Source: an uncultured Candidatus Saccharibacteria bacterium
GTDB lineage: Bacteria; Patescibacteriota; Minisyncoccia; Phycocordibacterales; UBA5272
Assembly: GCA_964457775.1 (NCBI GenBank)
Contig: CAYWEW010000002.1
Span: forward strand, 44,335 to 108,334
Direction: 5' to 3'
Length of the DNA: 64,000 bases
The first letter of the stretch is position 1. Each line of letters starts with the position of its first letter. Under the pieces are notes generated by a model. The model was not told where the DNA came from. It saw nothing but the letters and a program-made list of their open reading frames with translations, and did no database searches. Position numbers and translations under genes: made by a program. Of this stretch, positions 38,306 to 46,518 are shown piece after piece.

Positions 38306-40051
38306 ATGCAAAAATATCTTTCACTTACTATTCGTCTTTGGAAATTATTAAAACCCTTCCACAAGGACTTCTATATACAACTAACTTCAACAATTATTCA
38401 ACAAGGAATAACTATATATAGTATTTATTTGATGGCAAAAATACTTGACTCAATTATTCATAAGAATTTTGAAGTTGCAATGAATCTCGTTTTTATTAAC
38501 TTAGGTATGGTGCTTATAAAAGTTGGTATTAGTTATTTTGCGGAAATTCACGCACAGAATAAAATTACTTTTGCAATACAACAGTACTTAGAAGAATACT
38601 CATTCAAAAAGATATTTAAATTAAATATCTCTCAATATACAGAAGACCATTCAGCTGTAAAAGAGCAGGTTATTAATCGTGGTGAAAGTGCCGTAGAAAA
38701 TATTATCTCTACTCTTGTTCTTAATCTTCTACCAACAGTTACTCAAATATTATTTGCAGTAATAGCAATGTCTTTCTACTCTAAATTAATTGCAGTTTGG
38801 ACACTTATAACGCTCACAATAGTTATACTTTGGAGTAATTATTTTTCAAAATACCATAGACCATTTATAAAGGGTGATATTGATAACTGGGATAAACAAA
38901 AGAAAATTAGAACTGAATCATTTCAGCATCTAAGTCTTATACGAACACTTGGTGCTGAAAGTTTTTACCTAGATAAATACCTAAACAACAGACAAGGGTT
39001 TTTGGATTATAAAAAGTTTGTTTGGAATAAGGCTGTAGTTCATGGACACAAAAGATGGGGATTTTTATATATTTCAAGAGCCATAAGTTCTTCAATAATT
39101 ATATACTTAGCATATATCGGTACTGTTACTATTGGTTCAATATATGCAATTTGGTCATACACTAATGAAGCAGGTGCACAGATTTTTACTATTATTCAAG
39201 CTATTAGACAAATGCCACTTCGTTTTTCTGAACTTGAAAAATATCTAAACATTATTGATAAAAATGCTATTTTTAATGAAGAAGGAGAGAAAGCAAGTAT
39301 TTCTGGTAATATTGTTTTTGATAAATTAACATTCAAATACCCACATGGTAACGTGGAGCTATTCAATAATTTATCTCTAGTTATTCCTTATGGTAAAAAG
39401 GTTGCTTTTGTTGGTTCTTCAGGTTCTGGTAAATCAACAATTGTTAAACTTCTTCTCCGTATATTTAATTATGAACAGGGTTCGATAAAAATTGGTGATG
39501 TGGAGTTAAAAGATATTAATGCAATACACCTTCGTGAAAATATTGGTTATGTGGAACAACACGTTGACCTGTTCGACGAAACAATAAAAGAAAATATTTT
39601 GATTGGAATAAAAAATAAAGACAAAAAAGAAGCAGAAAATAGATTAGAGGAAGTTGCTAAACATTCTCGGATTACTGAGTTCTATCATAGACTAGGTGAT
39701 ACTAAGTTCGATACTTTTATTGGTGAGCGTGGCGTGAAATTATCTGGCGGTGAACGTCAACGTATAGGTATTGCACGTGCTATCATCAAGAATCCAGACA
39801 TACTCATTTTCGATGAAGCTACCGCATCACTTGATACCGAGAATGAGGCAAAGGTTATGGAAGCAATCAATGATGTGTCTCAGGGAAAGACTACAATTAT
39901 CATTGCTCATCGCCTATCAACAGTACGTGATGCTGATAAAATTATTGTCATGGATAAAGGTGTTGTCGTAGGAGAAGGAACGCATGATGAACTTATGCAA
40001 TCAAACGGTGTTTACCAAAATCTTGTCGCACACCAACTATCTAGTAAGTAG
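38306..40051 (+). CDS. ABC exporter, fused permease/ATPase (MsbA/lipid-A-export type)
   Basis: Six-TM N-terminal half, Walker A GSSGSGKST, ABC signature LSGGERQRIGIARA, Walker B ILIFDEAT. Confidence 0.85.
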   Translation: MQKYLSLTIRLWKLLKPFHKDFYIQLTSTIIQQGITIYSIYLMAKILDSIIHKNFEVAMNLVFINLGMVLIKVGISYFAEIHAQNKITFAIQQYLEEYSFKKIFKLNISQYTEDHSAVKEQVINRGESAVENIISTLVLNLLPTVTQILFAVIAMSFYSKLIAVWTLITLTIVILWSNYFSKYHRPFIKGDIDNWDKQKKIRTESFQHLSLIRTLGAESFYLDKYLNNRQGFLDYKKFVWNKAVVHGHKRWGFLYISRAISSSIIIYLAYIGTVTIGSIYAIWSYTNEAGAQIFTIIQAIRQMPLRFSELEKYLNIIDKNAIFNEEGEKASISGNIVFDKLTFKYPHGNVELFNNLSLVIPYGKKVAFVGSSGSGKSTIVKLLLRIFNYEQGSIKIGDVELKDINAIHLRENIGYVEQHVDLFDETIKENILIGIKNKDKKEAENRLEEVAKHSRITEFYHRLGDTKFDTFIGERGVKLSGGERQRIGIARAIIKNPDILIFDEATASLDTENEAKVMEAINDVSQGKTTIIIAHRLSTVRDADKIIVMDKGVVVGEGTHDELMQSNGVYQNLVAHQLSSK

Positions 40052-40054
40052 TTA

Positions 40055-40408
40055 TTACCTTACCAGTTTTTTCTTTTTTGGTTTTGGTGGTTTAGTAACA
40101 GACAAAGCCATATTAAACCAATCGGATAATAATTCTCTATTTTCATACACTTCGGCTGGCACAGAAAAATAATAAAGATATGTTTCTTCCCCTTTTCTCA
40201 TATATGAAAATTGTTTTGATCCTCTTTCGGCATACCATCCTAAAATTTCATCAGCTCCTTTAAAATATAATTCATCTTTTTCTATGATTGCAAATGCTCT
40301 ACCTTCATAATACAAAATATAAGCACCCATCATAGCTCTAAATGTTACAGGTATAGCTTCTCCAAAAACATCATAAACTATATATTCAAGAAATGGAGTT
40401 GTTTTCAT
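40055..40408 (-). CDS. TfoX/Sxy N-terminal-domain protein (stand-alone)
   Basis: MMGAYILYYEGRAFAIIEKDELYFKGAD pattern of the TfoX N-domain. Lys-rich C-terminus. 117 aa. Confidence 0.5.
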   Translation of the reverse strand: MKTTPFLEYIVYDVFGEAIPVTFRAMMGAYILYYEGRAFAIIEKDELYFKGADEILGWYAERGSKQFSYMRKGEETYLYYFSVPAEVYENRELLSDWFNMALSVTKPPKPKKKKLVR

Positions 40409-40424
40409 ATAAAATAGTTTATAA

Positions 40425-40496
40425 GGTCAAAAGTCCATAAAGTCTGTAAAGTAATTACAGAATTAATAACACTTTGGACTTTATGGACTTTTGACT
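40425..40496. repeat. MITE-like palindromic element R3
   Basis: ggtcaaaagtccataaagtctg ... ctttatggacttttgac. The right arm ends 2 nt before the mntH stop codon (40497-40499). Confidence 0.5.
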
Positions 40497-41768
40497 TTAG
40501 ACTAAATACCATATTGTAGAGACACTGGCTACAGTCATGATTCCTGTAATCAACCAACCCAAAAATGACTGCAATCTTGTGTTCTTCCACTTACCCATGA
40601 TGCTTTGTCTACTAGCAAGATAGACTATAACCATAAGCAATAATGGGGCAATAATGCCGTTTAAAATAGCGGAATAAAGTAGTGCTTTCATTGGATGAAT
40701 ACCTATAAATGTAATCAACAGCCCAATAATCATAGAAACAATTATCACACCATAAAAAGCCTTTGCTTCACTGTACTTATTATAAAGACCTTCTTTAAAA
40801 CGAAATGTTTCTGCGATTGCATAAGCACTTGATCCGGCTAATACTGGAACAGCAAGTAATCCTGTCCCAACTATACCTAGTGTAAATAAGAGGTATGCTT
40901 TTTCCCCAGCAAAAGGTAATAGTGCTTCTGCTGCCTGAGAAGCTGTTTGTATATCGAAAACTCCGTTGGGGAATAACACTGCCCCACAAACAGCGATAAT
41001 AAAAAACATTGTAAGGTTAGAAAAGAACATTCCAGTCCATACATCAAAACGCATATCACTTATTGCGTGCTTACTATCATTTTCACTTATTTCTGTTCCA
41101 ACAAATTGCTTGTCATTTTTACGAGCTCTTTTTTCTTCCACTTCTTGTGAGGTTTGCCAAAAGAAAAGATAAGGACTAATACTTGTTCCAAGTATTGCGC
41201 AAATAAGAAGAACTGATTCTTTATTAAAACTAAAATGAGGTATGACTGTCGAATATAATGCATCTTTCCATGCTAAATCAATAGAAAGTCCTGCAACAAT
41301 ATATGCGATTAGAACAAAGGAGAGATATTTAAGATATCTCGCATATTCCTGATATGGTATAAGCACCTGAAGAGCCAAACTAAACAAAGTAAAACCAATA
41401 ACTATAACGACAACTGGAATACTTGGTATCATTAATTGAACAGCTTCCCCTACCGCACTTATATCTGCTCCAATATTAAATGTATTCGCAATAATCAAAC
41501 AAAAAGTTGCAACATAAAGGATATAAGGGTGACAATAAAGTCTAATTGTCCCAGCAAGACCCCTTCCTGTTACGATTCCTATTCTTGCACACATCTCTTG
41601 AACCACAGCCATAAAAGGGAATGTGAAAAGTGCTGTCCAAAGAAATGCGAAACCGTATTGTGCTCCTGCCTGAGAATATGTCGCAATACCTGAAGGATCA
41701 TCATCCGCCGCCCCTGTTACAATTCCTGGGCCAATTTTATTCCAATATTCTTTAAATTTTGTGAACAT
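40497..41768 (-). CDS. mntH: NRAMP-family divalent metal (Mn2+/Fe2+) transporter
   Basis: GPGIVTGAADDDPSGIATYSQAGAQYGF NRAMP signature and about 11 TM helices. 423 aa. Confidence 0.85.
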   Translation of the reverse strand: MFTKFKEYWNKIGPGIVTGAADDDPSGIATYSQAGAQYGFAFLWTALFTFPFMAVVQEMCARIGIVTGRGLAGTIRLYCHPYILYVATFCLIIANTFNIGADISAVGEAVQLMIPSIPVVVIVIGFTLFSLALQVLIPYQEYARYLKYLSFVLIAYIVAGLSIDLAWKDALYSTVIPHFSFNKESVLLICAILGTSISPYLFFWQTSQEVEEKRARKNDKQFVGTEISENDSKHAISDMRFDVWTGMFFSNLTMFFIIAVCGAVLFPNGVFDIQTASQAAEALLPFAGEKAYLLFTLGIVGTGLLAVPVLAGSSAYAIAETFRFKEGLYNKYSEAKAFYGVIIVSMIIGLLITFIGIHPMKALLYSAILNGIIAPLLLMVIVYLASRQSIMGKWKNTRLQSFLGWLITGIMTVASVSTIWYLV

Positions 41769-41854
41769 ATATATTAATAAGTATACCTTAAAAAAATAAA
41801 TTACTTATTTACAACCCACCTTGACAGATTAGCATTAATATTTTATAATTATAA

Positions 41855-42448
41855 ATGAGCACCATTGCTCTAACCATAAGTAAAGCGAGATGTTTTACTT
41901 TAACGTGGCGAGATGCCACAAGGAGATCTTTCATGTTTGTTCCTTATGTTTCTCAAATGAGTCAGGGTAAAGTTGAGTCGTTCAGGCCACAGTTTCCATG
42001 GTTGTTTGACTATATTCCCCCCACGAAATGTTGGGAGGTGGCGGTTAAAAGAGTTGGGATCGACACCCTTCGTACATGGGTTGATGTCGGAACTTGGTTC
42101 CACAATGAATACGACGAAGTATTTTTACTAGACGCAAATGGTGCCTGCATTGGCGCTGTCGGCTGTTCAGTAAAAAGGATTAACTCCCGCACGGACAAAA
42201 CTGGAACACTTCATATTCAGAAACCGAAATACAAAGCGCGTAAACACTTCATTGTTAATGAGCGAACAATCGAAGAAAAGCTTTGCAAACTCACTAAAGA
42301 GGAAGCAGAGAAAGTAGTCACAGTTCTTTGGATTTCTCACAAAGGACAGATGCATTCAGATTTTTTCTGTCGATATGAATTCTATACCTCGGTGACAATC
42401 TATAAGTCTCCAAAAGACAAAAGTATCTTTGCTTGCTTACCAGCATAA
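41855..42448 (+). CDS. hypothetical protein (197 aa)
   Basis: ORF track only. The real start may be the internal MFVPYVSQ. Confidence 0.4.
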   Translation: MSTIALTISKARCFTLTWRDATRRSFMFVPYVSQMSQGKVESFRPQFPWLFDYIPPTKCWEVAVKRVGIDTLRTWVDVGTWFHNEYDEVFLLDANGACIGAVGCSVKRINSRTDKTGTLHIQKPKYKARKHFIVNERTIEEKLCKLTKEEAEKVVTVLWISHKGQMHSDFFCRYEFYTSVTIYKSPKDKSIFACLPA

Positions 42449-42466
42449 GCAAAATTTATAAAATCA

Positions 42467-42500
42467 ACAGCTAGACACAGAAAAACGTCTAGCTGTTTTA
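42467..42500 (+). terminator. intrinsic terminator
   Basis: acagctagac-acagaaaaac-gtctagctgt followed by tttatatttta. Confidence 0.6.
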
Positions 42501-42701
42501 TATTTTATGTATATATAATAATTGGCATTAAATTTTGTGAACATAATAATATAAGTATACCTTAAAAAAATAGAAAAAATAAAACAAAGATACTAATATG
42601 AAGATATATAAAATTATTGCTTAGTTCAAGAATTAACAGAGCAATAGTAACTGAAGCTAATATTAATTATGTTTGAAGTATTACCATAGATTAAACTGTA
42701 C

Positions 42702-43553
42702 TTATATCTCTCCATTAATATTTTCCGGCGATAAATATTGAAGTATATTTTTAATTAGATAACGAGCTGGTGAAGAAAAATATCGAGTTCTCCTAATAAA
42801 ATCCTCTTCATTATCATCTTTTATTTCTAACCTAATTGATTCCTCGAGAAAAGTAATCAGATTTAGAAGTTTTTCAAGGGACTCCCTATTTCCTATTTTA
42901 TACTTTTCATATGAAATATGAATTACATTAGCCAATACAAGAATGTTTGCAAGAATACGGTCGTAGTAGCCGTCTTCATTTTCTTCTGATACTAACAAAT
43001 CTACATCCACTAGATATATATCCTTTGATGTTTCGTTTGGTCTACTGCCGTAAACATATTGTTCCAATCGAATAATGTCTATTAAAACTGTTTTATGTTT
43101 ACGTGTCATCATATCTAAATAATCAATCAAATTAACATGTAATGCCTCTAATTTTAAAACAAAATCATCCTTGACCTCTTTATCAAGAATTTCATTACCT
43201 TTATCTAAAGTTATCCCTGTTATGGTGTCTGTTATTGCGTATACAACACGATCTCCTTTTTCATTTTTACCTAGAACGAAATTTACTGGAACATTTATGG
43301 AGAAACTATCTTGAATATCTCGAAAACACTTAACGTTATTAAGGTACTTATTTTCTATGTCCCGCGCCTCTTTATCTAATTCATCAAGTCTATCCGAATA
43401 AGTTCCTCTTGTCGTATCATTTACAGAATAAAGACCTGCCCGAACAACATAATCAGAATTATCACCAACCTGTTCAAAAAGTCCTCTGTCTACATCGACC
43501 ACTGAATGGTCTTTTAATGGATCCTTAAACGGTGTTCCTTCAAAATTCTTCAT
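42702..43553 (-). CDS. hypothetical protein (about 283 aa)
   Basis: ORF track 42702..43700, trimmed to MKNFEGTPFKD. The track's N-terminal extension reads through a duplicated mntH promoter/start fragment in another frame. Confidence 0.45.
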   Translation of the reverse strand: MKNFEGTPFKDPLKDHSVVDVDRGLFEQVGDNSDYVVRAGLYSVNDTTRGTYSDRLDELDKEARDIENKYLNNVKCFRDIQDSFSINVPVNFVLGKNEKGDRVVYAITDTITGITLDKGNEILDKEVKDDFVLKLEALHVNLIDYLDMMTRKHKTVLIDIIRLEQYVYGSRPNETSKDIYLVDVDLLVSEENEDGYYDRILANILVLANVIHISYEKYKIGNRESLEKLLNLITFLEESIRLEIKDDNEEDFIRRTRYFSSPARYLIKNILQYLSPENINGEI

Positions 43554-43656
43554 AAATATTTTTATTTCTTTTTTTAGTAACCCCAAAAAGCTACACAATT
43601 TTCCTCCAATATTCTTTAAATTTTGTGAACATAATATATTACAAAACAGTATACTA

Positions 43657-44073
43657 TTATTTCCAAACATTAAGCCATACGCCAAGATAGTGAACGACAA
43701 CGTATAGAAAAAAAATATAACCCAAAGTACCAGTTATAACTAATAGTATTAACTTGTTAAGAATTTCATTTCTTCTTTTTTTCACTTCATCTAATGTACA
43801 TACTCCACTTCGACGTAGATAAAATACGAAAGCAATAATTAGTGCTACGAAACCAGCAAATCTGAATAACCATTTATATTTTCCATAAAAAACATCAGCT
43901 AATTCAGTTGCAAAACTTAAACTAACAACACCTAGCGATAATAAAATTATTGGTGAAAGGCAACACAAAGAAGCAATAAAGACTGGAATACTAGAAACTT
44001 TAAATAAATCTACCCATTTTGTTTCCATTGGTTTAGCTTTAATAATATTATATTTTGGTTTTTGATTTTCCAC
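43657..44073 (-). CDS. small polytopic membrane protein with a CC motif (138 aa)
   Basis: Four predicted TM helices and SLCCLSPI in TM1. Directly downstream of msrAB. Confidence 0.45.
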   Translation of the reverse strand: MENQKPKYNIIKAKPMETKWVDLFKVSSIPVFIASLCCLSPIILLSLGVVSLSFATELADVFYGKYKWLFRFAGFVALIIAFVFYLRRSGVCTLDEVKKRRNEILNKLILLVITGTLGYIFFLYVVVHYLGVWLNVWK

Positions 44074-44074
44074 T

Positions 44075-45283
44075 TTATTTAATTAAATTATTAATAAATT
44101 CTCCATAACCTTCAGCTTCCATTTTTTCTTTTGGAATAAAGCGGAGGGAAGCACTGTTCATACAATATCTTTTTCCCCCTCTATCTACTGGTCCATCTGG
44201 AAAAACATGTCCTAAATGAGAATCAGCAATTTTACTTCTAACTTCTGTTCGAGTAGAAAATATCCCTTTATCTATATGTAGAGTAATATATGAATCATCT
44301 ATTGGACTTACGAAACTCGGCCAACCAGTTCCAGAATCATATTTATCTTTTGAATAAAACAACGGTTCACCACTTACAATATCGACATAAATTCCAACCT
44401 CTTTACTATCATGATACTCATTATAGAATGATTTTTCTGTGCCATTTTTTTGAGTAACCGCATATTGTATGGGTGTTAATTTTTTTAATTGACCCTCTTT
44501 TATACTGTTTGTAAAATTCTTCCAAATTCTATTATCGTTTGTATTATTATTCATATTATTATTTGTATTTCCAAATATTTCATTTATAAATGAACTATTT
44601 TCTGACCAATTATTTCTAATAAAAATATTCCTTCCACTTCCCTCTCGATATACATTATATCTAATCTGATTCTTGTCCTTATAGTCTTGATGATATTCCT
44701 CGGCTGGATAAAAATTATTATAAGGGAGAACTTCAACAGAAACTGATTTAGGGAACTTCTTAATTGTGTTTATTTTATTAATAATACTATTTGCTTCTGT
44801 TTTCTGCTCTTCTTCTGTGTAATATATTGCAGGAGAATAAGAGTATCCTCTGTCGGCAAATTGTCCTTTATCATCGGTTGGATCTATGTGCTTAAAATAT
44901 ATTTCCATAATTTTACTGATTGAAATAACTTTTTCATCATATATTACTTGAACAGCCTCTCTTGCAATCACTTCCCCACTACTTACTTTATTGTAACTTG
45001 GACCATTATCATCTGAATATGTTTCTTTAACATCAGCATAGCCAGAAATAGCAGATATTACTCCATCAACATGACTGTATTCAGCTTCAGTACACCAAAA
45101 ACACCCACCAGCTAATACTATTTTTTTATAAGTTTTGTCCTCCACTTTTGAAAGTAGACTTGCATCTATAGTTGAGGGCTTTGATGTTGCTCTTTGATAC
45201 GCATTATACGAAACGAAAACAAAACTAAAAACTATGAAAAATATCGCCCCTAATTTAGTTTTATTTATTGAAGATATTTTCAT
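44075..45283 (-). CDS. msrAB: membrane-anchored bifunctional peptide methionine sulfoxide reductase MsrA/MsrB
   Basis: N-terminal TM anchor, MsrA active site [11 protein letters not shown], MsrB C-terminal region with [11 protein letters not shown] and [10 protein letters not shown]. Confidence 0.88.
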   Translation of the reverse strand: MKISSINKTKLGAIFFIVFSFVFVSYNAYQRATSKPSTIDASLLSKVEDKTYKKIVLAGGCFWCTEAEYSHVDGVISAISGYADVKETYSDDNGPSYNKVSSGEVIAREAVQVIYDEKVISISKIMEIYFKHIDPTDDKGQFADRGYSYSPAIYYTEEEQKTEANSIINKINTIKKFPKSVSVEVLPYNNFYPAEEYHQDYKDKNQIRYNVYREGSGRNIFIRNNWSENSSFINEIFGNTNNNMNNNTNDNRIWKNFTNSIKEGQLKKLTPIQYAVTQKNGTEKSFYNEYHDSKEVGIYVDIVSGEPLFYSKDKYDSGTGWPSFVSPIDDSYITLHIDKGIFSTRTEVRSKIADSHLGHVFPDGPVDRGGKRYCMNSASLRFIPKEKMEAEGYGEFINNLIK

Positions 45284-45532
45284 TATATGATTCTTTTGCC
45301 TATATATTATAAGTATATATTAAAGTATAATAATATCTTAATATTAATAATGCTCGACATTTTATGTGCAGAAAGGGAGTGATTTGGTCACATGGTCTAT
45401 TTTTCGTAAACTCAAAATATAGACCATCCGACCCGTATTCAAATATCCACGAAAGCCTTATGCCTCACGGCACGATTTACTAATCGGCAGTTGGCTTTCT
45501 CCCTTTTCATAATTTTCACTATGTTCAAATTG

Positions 45533-45619
45533 CGGAAAGGGAGAGATTTGAACTCTCGAACGGGTTGCCCCATTGCCTGGTTTCGAATCAGGTGCCTTCA
45601 ACCACTCAGCCACCTTTCC
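45533..45619 (-). tRNA. trnS: tRNA-Ser (anticodon CGA), class II with long variable arm; CCA not encoded
   Basis: Reverse complement GGAAAGGTGGCTGAGTGGTTGAAGGCACCTGATTCGAAACCAGGCAATGGGGCAACCCGTTCGAGAGTTCAAATCTCTCCCTTTCC. Perfect acceptor GGAAAGG/CCTTTCC, T arm GAGAG-TTCAAAT-CTCTC, anticodon loop TTCGAAA. The 31-39 pair is an A/C mismatch. Confidence 0.8.
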
Positions 45620-45764
45620 AAATATAAGCACTTCGCTCTGCTTCGTGCTATTTGTAATCCTTCGGACCGGCGCCTTCGTGTTTGCCGGATTTCGTATGAA
45701 GGTTACTTCATACTTATCGTTAAACGTAAAGCAGTTTACGTTTAACCCACTCAGCCACCTTTCC
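45620..45764 (-). ncRNA. tRNA-Ser 5'-half duplicate plus a ~125-nt hairpin-rich GC-rich insert (candidate structured RNA or degenerate tRNA)
   Basis: GGAAAGGTGGCTGAGTGGG (45746-45764, minus strand) repeats the first 18 nt of the adjacent tRNA-Ser. Next come perfect hairpins ttaaacgtaaa-ctgc-tttacgtttaa and tatgaag-taac-cttcata, plus ccggc...gccgg and gcac...gtgc. No matching 3' acceptor strand is present. Confidence 0.35.
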
Positions 45765-45853
45765 AAATAAATTTAGTAAATTATACCATAACAAACTACT
45801 AATTTATTGCGGTTTTGCTTTAACATATCATACTGTTGTGCTATCTTTAGAAG

Positions 45854-46423
45854 ATGATCAGTAAGAAGTTGTTAGTTAATACCCTATGTGAATTTGGGCC
45901 CATAATAGGTTTTATAATTGCTTTTGAAATTAAAGATTTTATGACCGGTGTTGTTGTGATGATGATAGCCACTATTATTTCTCTGATAGCATTAAGAACG
46001 TTAGAAAAAAATACTCCTATTTTTGCACTTATTTCATCTGCTTCAGTACTATTTTTTGGTGGTATTTCGTTATTTATTAATATTCCTAGTATGTTTATAC
46101 TGAGAGATACTTTATTTGATGCAATTTTTGGATTAGTACTTATTATTTCTGTTTTGAAAAATAAACCTCTTTTTAAATATATTTTTAAAGGGGTGTTTTC
46201 AATCACTGACAAAGGTTGGAGTATTTTGAGTATGCGTTGGGGTATTTTCTTTATTATACTTGCCTTGATTAATGAATGGGTAAGACAAACTCTTTCACCT
46301 GAAGATTGGGTCACTGCAAAAATTATGATAATAATTGCCTCAGTAGTCTTTGGTACTTATCAGCTTAAATTGACCAAAAAAGAGCGACTACCTAGCGCAA
46401 CGGCGTGGGGAATAGTTAAATAA
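45854..46423 (+). CDS. intracellular septation protein A-like (YciB/IspZ family) inner-membrane protein
   Basis: Five-TM, 189-aa protein with YciB-like features (LFFGGISLF, WGIFFIILALINEWV). Preferred over the antisense ORF 45847..46314. Confidence 0.55.
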   Translation: MISKKLLVNTLCEFGPIIGFIIAFEIKDFMTGVVVMMIATIISLIALRTLEKNTPIFALISSASVLFFGGISLFINIPSMFILRDTLFDAIFGLVLIISVLKNKPLFKYIFKGVFSITDKGWSILSMRWGIFFIILALINEWVRQTLSPEDWVTAKIMIIIASVVFGTYQLKLTKKERLPSATAWGIVK

Positions 46424-46518
46424 TTCAAACTATTCTGATTTTTTGAACATATTTACATGTTTTACCTGTGAATATTAATTACTAGACAATATATCACATA
46501 TGATATACTCATTATAAT

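Noticed and set aside
42521-42566. 26-codon ORF starting with the duplicated MFTKF start (mntH promoter copy 2)
   Set aside because: Reads through the terminator of the opposing gene with no conservation. More likely an orphan promoter or leader fragment than a gene; reported as a finding instead.
45458-45770. Three overlapping ORFs (45458..45766 minus, 45491..45745 plus, 45573..45770 plus)
   Set aside because: The region is occupied by tRNA-Ser and a hairpin-rich tRNA-like segment. Open frames here reflect GC content, not coding.
45847-46314. 155-aa minus-strand ORF antisense to the YciB-like gene
   Set aside because: The plus-strand product has a coherent five-TM YciB/IspZ-like architecture. 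The minus-strand product is a low-complexity Ile-rich peptide.
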